From Chloropicon primus (taxonomy: Eukaryota), in NCBI GenBank assembly GCA_023205875.1, contig CP060765.1, positions 310,001 through 374,000 on the forward strand: a stretch of DNA of 64,000 nucleotides, written 5' to 3'. The notes under the pieces were generated by a model, which was not told the DNA's origin, searched no databases, and worked only from the letters and a program-made list of their open reading frames with translations. The position numbers were made by a program, and so were the translations under genes. Below, in pieces: positions 20,700 to 30,571 of this stretch. Each line of letters begins with the position of its first letter. Positions within the stretch are counted from its first letter, which is position 1.

Positions 20700-23004
20700 A
20701 TGGTGAACGAGAACGGAGTGGAGGCGTACAAGCGTGCGGTGGAGGAGAGGAAGGCTCTGTTCCAGGAGGCGAAGCGCGCTCGACTGATGTCGGACGCGAC
20801 GGAGACGACCCTGGAAGGGCGAGGAGATGAAGGGAACACGGCGTCGACGAGTCGTGCATCTGGTGTCTCCTCCTCGACCCAGCCCATGGACCCGAACAAA
20901 GACATCAAGGAGGAAGACTTGAGCTTCGTTCCTAAAGGTTGGTTCGATTGCCCGCCATGCGGCGAGCCCATTGGACTCTTCATCCCGTCAAAGGTTCCAT
21001 TGAGCGCGGCTTACAACAGCAGACTGCCTGCAGGTAAGAGACAACAACTCAGAGAAAAGAGGATGAGAATGAGGATGAGGATGGTGTATGAGGAGGATGG
21101 TGACGCCTGGTGCCTGGGCAGTGAGGGAGGACGATGATAACGAGGCACACAAAGTGGATCTTCCTGTCTTGATGCTCCCTGGGCTGGTCCCTCTCGCTAC
21201 ACACACACAGAGAGAAGGATTTGTGGAGTTACTGACTGAAGTGATTGTTTTTTTCTTGGTTCCGTTGGCAGACAAGTGGTACACCCCAAGGAGTATCATC
21301 GAGTCGCAGAAAGCTCTGGGGCGTGACATTGGCCTCGTGGTGAACCTGACGAGGTCCAAGGTGTATTATAACGCAAGGCAGTTTGAGGAGTTGGGCGTTG
21401 AGGTGGTGACGATAGAGTGTGCAGGCAGAGGGGAAGCTCCGACCCCCGAGCAGGTGAATGCGTTTTGGTACACGGCAAACAGCTACTGCACCGCGACCCA
21501 GAACGCGAAGCACGTTCTAGTTCACTGCACTCACGGCTTCAACAGAACTGGCTTCATGATTTGCCACATGCTCTTGAGGTCGCCACTGAGCTTTCAAAGG
21601 TACTTGAGCGTCAAGGAAGTCATCGGAGAGTTTGCGAAGTCGAGGCCGCCGGGGATTTACAAGCCCCTGTACCTCGACACCCTCTTCAAGTACTACCACG
21701 AGAACAAGAACGGGTTTGTGATGCCGAAGTTGCCGACGTGGAAGAGCGAGAAGGACATCGAAGATGATGACGACGACGTGGGTGCCCCTCTGGAGAGCAC
21801 TGGCGAAGCTGGCAAGGAAAAGGCAAAGGATGGTGAGCCGATGCAGCACGACGACCTTTTGGGCGAGGAAATCATTGGGCAGCACAAAGAGGAGGTCAAG
21901 AACTTGGTGCGGATGTACATCCTGAACCAAGAGGAGCTTGGGAGGATCCACCACTTTCCCGGTTCGCAGCCAGTGTCCTTCTCGAGGGACAACATGCAGA
22001 TGCTTGAGGAGAGGCGGTACTACGTGACTTGGAAGGCGGACGGCACGCGGTACCTTCTCCTCCTGATGCAGGACGGGGTGTACATCATCAGCAGGAGCTT
22101 CGACGTCCGCAAGTTGCAGTTGAGGTTTCCTCTTTGGGGCTTGAGCAAGGACAAGAAGCCGAGCTTTAAGTTCACGCCTCAGAACGGGACGCTCCTCGAC
22201 GGGGAGATGGTCGTGGATGAGGACGCTTACAGCGGGGAGAAGAGGAGGAGGTTTTACGCGTACGACCTGATAAGCATGGACGGGAAGAAGATCACGGACC
22301 TGCCATTCAAGCAGAGGTACGCTTACATCGAGGATTACGTTGTCGTCCCAAGGAAGCTGGAGCAGCACGCCATCGGGAAGGAGAAGGAGAGGTACCCGTA
22401 CCACATGTACAATTACGACGACGAGTGCTTTGCGATCAGGAGGAAGTCGTTCTACCCCCTGCACTCGTGCAAGGGGGTCCTGTCCAACCTCATTCCCAAG
22501 CTGCTGCACGAGAGCGATGGGCTCATCTTCCAGGACTGGGAAGACAGGTACGTCCCGCTCACTTGCCACGCTCTCCTCAAGTGGAAGTACTCTCACCTGA
22601 ACTCGGTGGACTTCAAGCTCGATGTGAAGCCCGAGCCGAGCCGCAAGGGCGAGGGCGGAGGGGGGGAGGGGGAGGACGGGGAGAACGATTACATCCTTGT
22701 CTTGTCCAGGGGCGGGAGGCCACAGGTGCTGGAGGGCGCCAAGGTCAGGTTCCCGAACCACATCAACCCGCTTGATTACCTGGGGAGGATCGTCGAGTGC
22801 AGTTACAACCAGGAGCGCGACACTTGGGTCTTCATCAGGGAGAGGGTGGACAAGGAGACGCCCAACGACTACAACGTGTACATGAAGGTGCTGAAGAGCA
22901 TCAAAGATAACATTGGGGAGGAAGAGGTCGTGGAGTGGACTTCGAAGGCCGCGCAGGAAAACCCCTTGTACGAGAGGGACAGGAACCGCAAATCTGCCGT
23001 CTGA
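20700..23004 (+). CDS. Bifunctional mRNA capping enzyme, RNA triphosphatase + guanylyltransferase (2 exons: 20700-21033, 21272-23004)
   Basis: FIPSKVPL, cysteine-phosphatase loop HCTHGFNRTG, FPGSQPVS, motif I KADG, LLDGE, DGLIF, LLKWK and RVDKETPN. GT-AG intron 21034-21271. The start codon is uncertain. Confidence 0.92.
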
Positions 23005-23215
23005 TGCAGGGCATGGCGGCGCGCGCGGGGTGTACCCGTCGGCAATAATTTGCTTGTTACAATCATTCTATGGTTCCGTTGTTTTTTTTGGTTTTCTTCA
23101 AGTTGAATCGAAATGGAGGAACACCCACAAAAGTTCCCGGCGCAACCTAAGTTCCAAAGCCCAGCTTAACATGTGATTCCCGCGCCCGATGACGTTTATT
23201 GGTGAGAGAGCTGAT

Positions 23216-24046
23216 TTACAAGACAGCAGCGCGATCCTCGGCACCGAGGACGGTGAGGAGGTTGTATCCAAATGGATCGGCTATGTGCTTGCTCCAGTTG
23301 GCGTATGGGCCCTCCCCGGTGACTAGCGCTTGGATGCCAAAGCCAAGCATGGAGATCATGGCGAGCCTTCCGTTCTTGATCTCCTTGACCTGGAGCTCGG
23401 CCAGCAGGTCTGGGTCGTCGGCGAGCCCAAGAGGGTCGAATGGTCCGCCAGGGCTCAGCGTGTCCAAGCCGTTGAACACGTCGGACTCGAACTTTCCGAC
23501 TCCTGGGGCGTAGCCTGGAGGTCCGGTCAAGTCGGTTCTGTACTTCTCCGCGGCGCCCATGAGCGCGACCTGGGCGCCCAAGACAATGATGAGAGGGAGA
23601 GGGTTGTCCACCACTCCCCAAGGCACGGCGAAGTAGTTCAGGGTGTCGCCGTCGAGCAAGACCTTTCCGGTCTCGAACCAGGTGGCTCCCTTGACGTCGC
23701 CTCCGTTGGCGGCCAGGCCCTCGGGGATGATGGCCCCGGCGGCGCCGAGCATGGCCCACCTGGCGTGGATGAGCTCGTACTCGCGGTACTTGGCGACCTG
23801 CTCCTCGGACTGGCCGAGGCCGAGAGGGTCGTACCCGTAGTCACCGGCGAGGGAGCCGTTCAGGTACGACGGGACGTCCTCCATGGTCAAGAGTCCTCCC
23901 GGAAGGTAGAGCTTCCTGGTGGCTCCGTACCACTTGCTGAGGTCCCCGGCACCCCCGGTTCCTCCTCCCCAGCCACCGGTAGACTTTCCGCTGGACTTTC
24001 CGCCCTTGATCGTGCGCTTCATCGTGGTCGTCACCCTGGAAGCCAT
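23216..24046 (-). CDS. LHCB5: Minor PSII antenna protein CP26
   Basis: [59 protein letters not shown] and [10 protein letters not shown]. The N-terminal segment is CP26-like. Confidence 0.88.
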   Translation of the reverse strand: MASRVTTTMKRTIKGGKSSGKSTGGWGGGTGGAGDLSKWYGATRKLYLPGGLLTMEDVPSYLNGSLAGDYGYDPLGLGQSEEQVAKYREYELIHARWAMLGAAGAIIPEGLAANGGDVKGATWFETGKVLLDGDTLNYFAVPWGVVDNPLPLIIVLGAQVALMGAAEKYRTDLTGPPGYAPGVGKFESDVFNGLDTLSPGGPFDPLGLADDPDLLAELQVKEIKNGRLAMISMLGFGIQALVTGEGPYANWSKHIADPFGYNLLTVLGAEDRAAVL

Positions 24047-24147
24047 TTTTGCGTCGCGTCGTGAGAAACTTTTTCACTACCTCTCTTGATTGATTGATCG
24101 ATTGATTGGAACAGCAACCCTCTCGGTCTGTCTGGTGAGAGGTGATG

Positions 24148-24432
24148 AAGAGAGAGAGAGAGAGAAGAGGAGGAGGAGAGAGAGAGAGTCAGTGTCTTTC
24201 ATCCAACGAGCAGCACAAGGAAACAGGGAGAGGACAGAGGAAAGGAGGAGGAGGAGGAGGAGTGCGCGTGTTCGTGTTCGTGTTCGTGTTCGTGCGCACG
24301 AGGACAGCAGAACACGGTTCCGACTCTCGCACATGCGGATCCCAAACTCCCCCTCCTCTGGACCAACCCAACCTCCCTCACGCGTTATCGTCGAAGAGAT
24401 GAAGATGAAGATGAAGATGAAGATGAAGATGA
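24148..24432. repeat. Microsatellite cluster upstream of LHCB5
   Basis: (GA)n, (GGA)n, (CGTGTT)4 and (GAAGAT)n tracts. Confidence 0.8.
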
Positions 24433-25000
24433 TGACCATGACGTCGTCGATTTTCGATTTCGATCTTCCTCCAGTCCAAACGCGGTCGAGAAAAACGCGG
24501 AGAAGGACGCGGTAGCTCATGGCCTTCGTTTCCTAGTCCAAGTCCATCGTCCCTTCCCCTTTCCCTCTCCCTCTCCCTCGTCTAAGGAGGAGACGTCGTT
24601 TCCCTTTGTCCCTCACCGTCGGCGCGCCTTACCTCTTCACTCCTCTTCTCGCTCTGATCCTCTTCACCTATGAGATCTTCCCTTGTTTTGGATAAACTTG
24701 GCCCCGACTTGGCCAATACCTACACTCCACAGAAAAAGATAACACGAATAACATCTCAAGAAGAATAATACACATGAAGTGATGTTATGAAAAGAATAGA
24801 TAACCTCCAATCAAAAGAGAAGAGTTGCAGAAGTGTAATGTGACTTGAAAAAGGTGTAACCAGGGTCGCAGACTTTTTTCTCTCTGGAGAGTCTGCCGGA
24901 CGACGACGGGTCTTGCGATCGATCGGCGGCGCTTCGTGGCCCGTTTTGGCGAGTACCATCGTCCTGAAAGGGAAGGAGAGTCACTTGAATCGAATATTCA

Positions 25001-25014
25001 TCTCGAGACCTTTC
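25001..25014 (-). promoter_or_regulatory. GAAAG box of the upstream element
   Basis: Minus strand reads GAAAGGTCTCGAGA, 88 nt upstream of the F1-alpha-like ATG; only the AAA of the second box is in register. Confidence 0.5.
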
Positions 25015-25102
25015 GTTTGATTCCTCGCTTGACGTGTTTCGACACGATTTCGACCTCCTCCTGACTTGTTCATCCATCACAAGCACCAGCACCAGCAGGA
25101 GC

Positions 25103-26908
25103 ATGAAGGCGTCCAAGTACCTGACGACCATGGCCCAGTGCGCGAGAGCGAGGGCTACGGGAAACGTGGCTGGGAGGACGGGAAGCGTTTTGTTCTCCTC
25201 CTCCTCGTCCTTGTCGTCCTTGTCGTCCTCGAGAAACCGGACGCTTGGGTTGCCTCGCCCGTGCTCGGTGTCCCCTCTTCCTCACCCGTGCCGCCGGTGG
25301 ACCTCTGCTGCCTCCGCTGCAGCTGCCTCATGGCCCTGCTCGGCGACGAGGAGGAGGACGACGGTGGCGATGGTGACGACGCGAGGGGCGTCGAGCGAAG
25401 CGGAGGGGGACGCGGTGGTGACGGTGGACCTGGTGAGGGAGGAGGAGGGGTTCGTCGTGCTCAAGGGCGTGGGACACACGGTGCCCGCGGGGACTTTGCT
25501 CTTCGACGGCAAGGCCGAGCACGCGGTGGGGTACGTGGCGTACAACATGAAGGACATGGATCCGACGGAGCTCAGGGCGGTGGGCCTTCCCCTTGCGCCG
25601 GGGGGCCTGCGAGAGGGCCAGGAGCTCACCCTGCTGCGGGGGGAGAACCTTCTTCGGGCCCCCAAGGCCGCGGACGTGCTCGGCAAGGTGGTGGACTGCC
25701 TCGGGCTCGCCGCCGCGGACTTCGGCGAAGGAAGCCGCGTCCCCCTGTTCAACGACTACCCCGGCGTCGACGACAGGCAGCCCATCGGGGAAAACTTTCA
25801 CACCGGGGTGAAGGCGGTGGACGCCATCGTCCCTGTCGGCGTGGGCCAGTCCATGCTGGTCATGGGAAAGAGGGGCACGAGGAAGACCACAATGGCGCTT
25901 GATGTGCTCTTGGCCCACGGCGGCGGCAAGTCCGAGGGGGGGCACACGTTCGTGTACGCCTGCGACGAGAGGGACCTTGGGCTCGTCCGTGCCACCCTCA
26001 GGGAGGCGGGGATCGAGGACCGGACGGTCGTCGTGACGAGCAGGAGCGGAAGCCAGTCGGCCGGACGCCGGTACACCGCCCTGCTCCAAGCGCTGGCGAT
26101 CGCGGAGGACGTCAGGGACAGCGGGGGGCACGCGGTGGTCTTCCTGGACGACCTCTCCGCCGCAGTCAAGTTCTGGGAGAGCGTGTGCCAGTGCGAGACC
26201 AGCTTGAGCGACGAGGACATGGAGGAGCTCATGGAGGTGGACGGGATGCTCATCGCACGATACGATGCGTTGCAGAGGCAGTTCTTCTCCAACATCCTGC
26301 AGAGGAGCGCGAAGATGAGCGACAAGCTCGGCGGGGGCTCGCTCACGCTCTTCGGGCTGCTGCAGGGCGAGCCCATGAGGGAGGACAAGATGGACTTGGG
26401 GGTGAAGATCCTCAAGCAGCAGAACCTGAGCCCGGAGATGAGGGAGAAGCTCCTGCTCGCTCTGGCGCAGCAGGTGAAGGAAAAGGACGGCGTGGAGGAC
26501 GGGAGCGACTCCGCGAGCGGCTCCTCCTTCGTGAGCACCCGGTCGATCGAGGAGTTCAAGTCCATCTCCGACGGCCACATCCTGATGTGCGACTCGAACG
26601 CCGCCAGGCAGGAGGACACGTATGACATCGTCCCGAGCTTGAGCACGACCAGGCTCGGGGTGGGCAGGGTCGCGGCCCCCTCAATGATCGACCTGTGCTC
26701 CAGCCTCCAGCTCATGCTGCAGCAGAGCCTCGACGCGAAGGCGTACGGCGACCTCCACGAGGACTCCACGAGCTCTCAGGACACTAAGAGCACCCAAGTC
26801 CTGAGGCTGCTCACCCAGACCGCCGGGCAGCCCGTCCCCCTGGAGCGCTTGAGGGAAGACCTCGTTTCGGTTCTCGAGAGGGAGAAGGAAGCCGTGGTGA
26901 ACGCCTGA
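25103..26908 (+). CDS. Divergent F1 ATP synthase alpha-subunit-like protein with N-terminal transit-peptide-like region
   Basis: TGVKAVDAIVPVGVGQ, degenerate P-loop GKRGTRKT, HAVVFLDDLS, LQRSAKMSDKLGGGSLT, SISDGHI and LSTTRLG parallel AtpA motifs. The leader is Ser/Arg/Ala-rich. Confidence 0.75.
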   Translation: MKASKYLTTMAQCARARATGNVAGRTGSVLFSSSSSLSSLSSSRNRTLGLPRPCSVSPLPHPCRRWTSAASAAAASWPCSATRRRTTVAMVTTRGASSEAEGDAVVTVDLVREEEGFVVLKGVGHTVPAGTLLFDGKAEHAVGYVAYNMKDMDPTELRAVGLPLAPGGLREGQELTLLRGENLLRAPKAADVLGKVVDCLGLAAADFGEGSRVPLFNDYPGVDDRQPIGENFHTGVKAVDAIVPVGVGQSMLVMGKRGTRKTTMALDVLLAHGGGKSEGGHTFVYACDERDLGLVRATLREAGIEDRTVVVTSRSGSQSAGRRYTALLQALAIAEDVRDSGGHAVVFLDDLSAAVKFWESVCQCETSLSDEDMEELMEVDGMLIARYDALQRQFFSNILQRSAKMSDKLGGGSLTLFGLLQGEPMREDKMDLGVKILKQQNLSPEMREKLLLALAQQVKEKDGVEDGSDSASGSSFVSTRSIEEFKSISDGHILMCDSNAARQEDTYDIVPSLSTTRLGVGRVAAPSMIDLCSSLQLMLQQSLDAKAYGDLHEDSTSSQDTKSTQVLRLLTQTAGQPVPLERLREDLVSVLEREKEAVVNA

Positions 26909-27026
26909 CGCGAATTAGTGGCTTGGAGAGCGAGAAGTGAAAGCAGACTTAAACTAAAAACTTTTATCCCTTTTTTATCATTAGAGCACACTTCGCTTCT
27001 CTTTTCACTGGCTGCTTTTTCGCGCT

Positions 27027-27683
27027 TCAATCCAAGGTCGCCAGGATGTCGTGATCCTTGATCACGATAAGCGCGGTGCCGTCCTTCGCCTCGAAGTCGA
27101 CACCAGAGAACTTGTTGTACAGCACGCTGTCTCCGACGGAGAGTCCTTCGATGGGCTCCACCTTCCCCTCGTCGTTCTTTCGGCCTGGACCCATGGCCAA
27201 TACTTTTCCGGTCGAGGGCTTCTCCTTCGTCGAGCCCGTAAGGAAGATCCCCGAGCTCGTCTTCTCGTCCTCCTTCTCGATCTCAAGCAGAATGCCGTTG
27301 CCTGTTGGCTTCATGTCCTTGGCGTCTGCACCGGGCATGACCCCAACCACGTCGTCGTTCTTCAGTATCACGTGCTCGGCGCCCTCAACCTCGACCTCCG
27401 TGCCAGCGAACTGCGAGTAAACCACCTTGTTGCCGACGGAGAACCCAACGCCGTCCTCCGCGAACATCACGGTGCCCACCGTCTGCTTCTGCTGTGCGGC
27501 ATCAGGAAGGAAAATGCCACCGTCCGTCTGCTCCTCGATCTCCTCCACCTTGAGGAAAGTTCTGCCTCCGACCGGCGTCACTTTTTTGATATCCAGTGGA
27601 AGCGGAGTCGCGCGGACGCACACGTTGTACCTCCTTCCCCCCAACCGACCGAGTCCAAACCTCTTCGCGTTCACTTTCATCAT
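27027..27683 (-). CDS. CPN20: Chloroplast co-chaperonin with tandem GroES domains
   Basis: Two Cpn10 units (TPVGGR..EQTDGGIFLP..GNKVVYSQFAGTEV and KPTGNG..EKTSSGIFLT..GDSVLYNKFSG) after a basic transit peptide. Confidence 0.9.
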   Translation of the reverse strand: MMKVNAKRFGLGRLGGRRYNVCVRATPLPLDIKKVTPVGGRTFLKVEEIEEQTDGGIFLPDAAQQKQTVGTVMFAEDGVGFSVGNKVVYSQFAGTEVEVEGAEHVILKNDDVVGVMPGADAKDMKPTGNGILLEIEKEDEKTSSGIFLTGSTKEKPSTGKVLAMGPGRKNDEGKVEPIEGLSVGDSVLYNKFSGVDFEAKDGTALIVIKDHDILATLD

Positions 27684-28128
27684 CGTTTGCCTGCGACGCT
27701 CTCTCTCTCTCTCTCTCTCTCCCTCTCTCTCTGCGCCGGCGGGGCCTTTGGATAAGATTATAAGATTTTGCTTTTTTTTTTGGGGGGGGGTGGAAGATCG
27801 AGGGGAGGGGAGGGACTTCGGGCCAGCATTAGGCCAGGCATTAGGAACAAACATGGATGATTGGATTGCTGTTGCGTGAATCGAGGCCGGGCACAAGGGC
27901 CTCCCCCTCCTGCCCTTGTCCTCCTCCTGCATTCTTGCCAAGGATACCTCGCAGGGACCATGAAGGACGTGCTGTGGAGGAGAAAGGGGCCTTGGGACTT
28001 TGGCAACAAAAGCTTTGGTGGGGCAGCAGGGGGTTCAGAAAGGCGTCAACGTTACAATGTGTTACAAAGGGGTTGGTCGCTCGCACCAAACCCGGGGTTC
28101 TGGGCAACGAGGCCCTCCTTCCTCGTGA

Positions 28129-29675
28129 TCAGGACTGGATGAGGAGGTCCCTTGGAGTGATGGTCAGCGCGCCAAAGGACTCGACTTGCTTCAGGTTGAT
28201 GTAACCCTTGGTGTTCAGGACAAGGCACTCGAAGAAGTTCCTCGCCACGTCCCTCCTGAGGGGCTTGTCCAACTCCGAGTCGGGCAGAATGTCCTCAAAC
28301 TTGCAGGAAGACGCGGCGGAGAGGGTGGAGGGGGACCTCGAGCTCCTGGACCTCGACGCCGTCGGCGTCGAGGTCGACAGCTTTGCCTTCACCCTCTCGA
28401 GCGTCTGCTTGGTGCGGCTGGACCAGCCGTCCTCGTCCGCGTTGAGCACGTCGTCGTCGTCCTCCTGGTTCTCCTCCTCAGAGAGGTCGCCGGCTCCCAG
28501 GAAGTCGGCGGGCTGCTGGCCCCGCCCCTCGTCGCCCTTGGGCGTCGCGCCAGCCACCGGGGAAGAGGTGTCGGCTGGCACGTCGAACTGCTCCTCGAAG
28601 GTGTTGGCGTAAGGGTCGAACTCCAGCCCCTCCCCGACCTCGTCGTACGCCACGCCCTGGTCTTCCTCCTGCTGGCCGCCCTCGCCGCTCTGCTCGCCGG
28701 CCTCCGGGTCCTGGACCTCCTCGGCGGACTCCTCGGCACTCAAAACGCCGAGGAGGTCCTCGCAAAGGAGCTCCGCCTGGGTGGCCTTGGATCCGCTCTT
28801 CCTGCGGGCGGACCTCGCCGTCTTCGCCCTCTTTGGCGCCCTCTGGCTCTTGCTCCTCGCGATCGCCCTGCTGATGTCCTTCTTGAGGTTCCTCAGGGTG
28901 TCCTTGGCGTTCTTCAGCCTCGACCTCACGACTTTGTTGTCCAGACTGATCTGCTTCGAGCCCTCGTCGTCGACGTCCAAGATGATCCCCACGACCCTCT
29001 GCTTCTTCTTCCTTGGCAGGTCCTTCTCCGCGGAGGGGAGGACGGCCTCGGGAGTCGCCAAAAAATCTCCGGCGAGGCCCCCGTTGTCCTCCGCCTCCAC
29101 GCCCGCAAAGTCCGGAACCTCCTCGAGCTCCGGCGTGCTCATCCCGACGGCTTGCTGGCCCTCCTGAACAGGAGTCAGCGTCGTCCTCCCCGCGTCTCTG
29201 GTTGGCGTACCCACCCCAACGGGCTCCTCCGACCGCAACTTCTCCGGCTCCAAGTCAAACCCGAGGCCCTCATCCCCGAACTGCTCGTCCGTGTACATCA
29301 TATCAACGTCCATGCTGTTGTAAGAGCCTCCCGGGGACTCGAACGACAGGCTCTTTCTCAAGCCACCCTCGCTGCCGATGCTGGCCCTTCGCAGCTTCTC
29401 CGGCGTCCCGGCGAGGCTCCCCGCGAGAGATATCGGCGTTCCGGGAAGGCTCAACCCCCCCGCCCCGCCAAAGCCAAGAGCATCATCCTGGGTGAAGTCC
29501 GGGTCCTCCTCGATCTCGGGCAGAGTGATCGCCTGCACACTCGACTGGAGCGCCTCCTTGGACAGGTTCACGTTCTCCTGCACCTTGAAGCCCTTGTATC
29601 CCTGGGAACTGCACAAAGCAAGCAGCAGCAGCAAAAAAAAAAAAGGAAAAAAGGGAAACGCGTCAGACCAGAGCA

Positions 29676-29731
<56 letters not shown>

Positions 29732-30126
29732 GACAACGACGACGACGACTTACCAGTCCTGAAACAGGTACGAGACCTTCCTCGCGTAGATGCGAACGAT
29801 ACCGAGCATGAGTTGGCCCGAGAGACGCAAAGCAAGCGGAACCTCAGGAGTGATGATGGAGTCTATCGTATTCGATATTTGCGTCTCGAACACCTGAGAC
29901 CGCTTCAGGCGCTTGTCGTGGTGCGCCGCTATCCATATCGTCCCCAGAGGACCCTTCTTCGCAAGAATCTTCACACAAAAACAAAGAAAAAAAAAAGGAA
30001 AGGAAAAAAGAATTTCAAAGTTTTGTCAGGACCTTGCCGCAACGTTCAAGCCACGCGAAAGCAGCTTGACGACGACGACGACGACGACGACGACGGAGGG
30101 TGACGCACCTGTATGTGGTAGAACAT
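28129..30126 (-). CDS. RAD21: Cohesin kleisin Rad21/Scc1 family (3 exons: 30126-30109, 29968-29754, 29608-28129)
   Basis: Spliced N-terminus MFYHIQ-ILAKKGPLGTIWIAAH..LALRLSGQLMLGIVRIYARKVSYLFQDC; C-terminal RRDVARNFFECLVL..GYINLKQ..FG. GT-AG introns 30108-29969 and 29753-29609. Rad21 versus Rec8 is not fully resolved. Confidence 0.88.
29678..29730. repeat. (GA)n microsatellite in RAD21 intron 2
   Basis: About 25 GA units with one interruption. Confidence 0.9.
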
Positions 30127-30221
30127 GGCGGACCTCCTCTACCCAACGCCTCTCGGGGTCGCTCCTCGCCTTCGCGCGCCCTTCAACGCCAACGCGCTCT
30201 CGAGTGTGTCGTCGGTCAAGG

Positions 30222-30229
30222 GCGGGAAA
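30222..30229 (-). promoter_or_regulatory. Putative E2F site upstream of RAD21
   Basis: TTTCCCGC on the minus strand, about 95 nt upstream of the ATG. Confidence 0.5.
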
Positions 30230-30400
30230 ACTGAAAGTCAGGTCTGTGAATGGGTGTACAAAATAGTACACCTAAAAATATTTGTAACCGAAAACTCATG
30301 GGGACTGTAACGGACGAAGAGAGAGAGAGAGAGAGAGAGTCGCGTCGCTGGTCGCGCTTGCTTTGGTTTGGTTTGGTTTGCTTACCCCCGACTGAAGTGG

Positions 30401-30485
30401 TTGAGAACCTCGCCCCTGGGTTTGCTTTTTGCTTGGCTTCATTCACTGCTCGTGGTTTTGAGAAACCTCGCCCCTGGGTTTGCTT
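30401..30485. repeat. 27-bp direct repeat upstream of the two-domain cyclase
   Basis: TTGAGAA(A)CCTCGCCCCTGGGTTTGCTT at 30401-30427 and 30458-30485. Confidence 0.8.
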
Positions 30486-30571
30486 CATGCTTTGGTGAGG
30501 TCACGCACGCGTCCCCCCCCCCCACACACACACTGTCTCTCTTGTGTGTGTGTGTCTTCCTCTGGACGACG

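Noticed and set aside
24077..24520. Several ORFs of 60-147 aa upstream of LHCB5
   Set aside because: They are translations of simple repeats (RVRVRV, MKMKMK, ERERER).
25103..26908. Nuclear insertion of organellar atpA DNA (NUPT/NUMT) or pseudogene
   Set aside because: The frame is intact, codon usage is nuclear-like, a leader peptide is present and the protein is deeply diverged.
29609..29835. Hydrophobic SLSLSL/FFLLLL N-terminus of the 568-aa ORF as a signal anchor
   Set aside because: It is RAD21 intron 2 (a GA microsatellite and poly-pyrimidine tract) read in frame.
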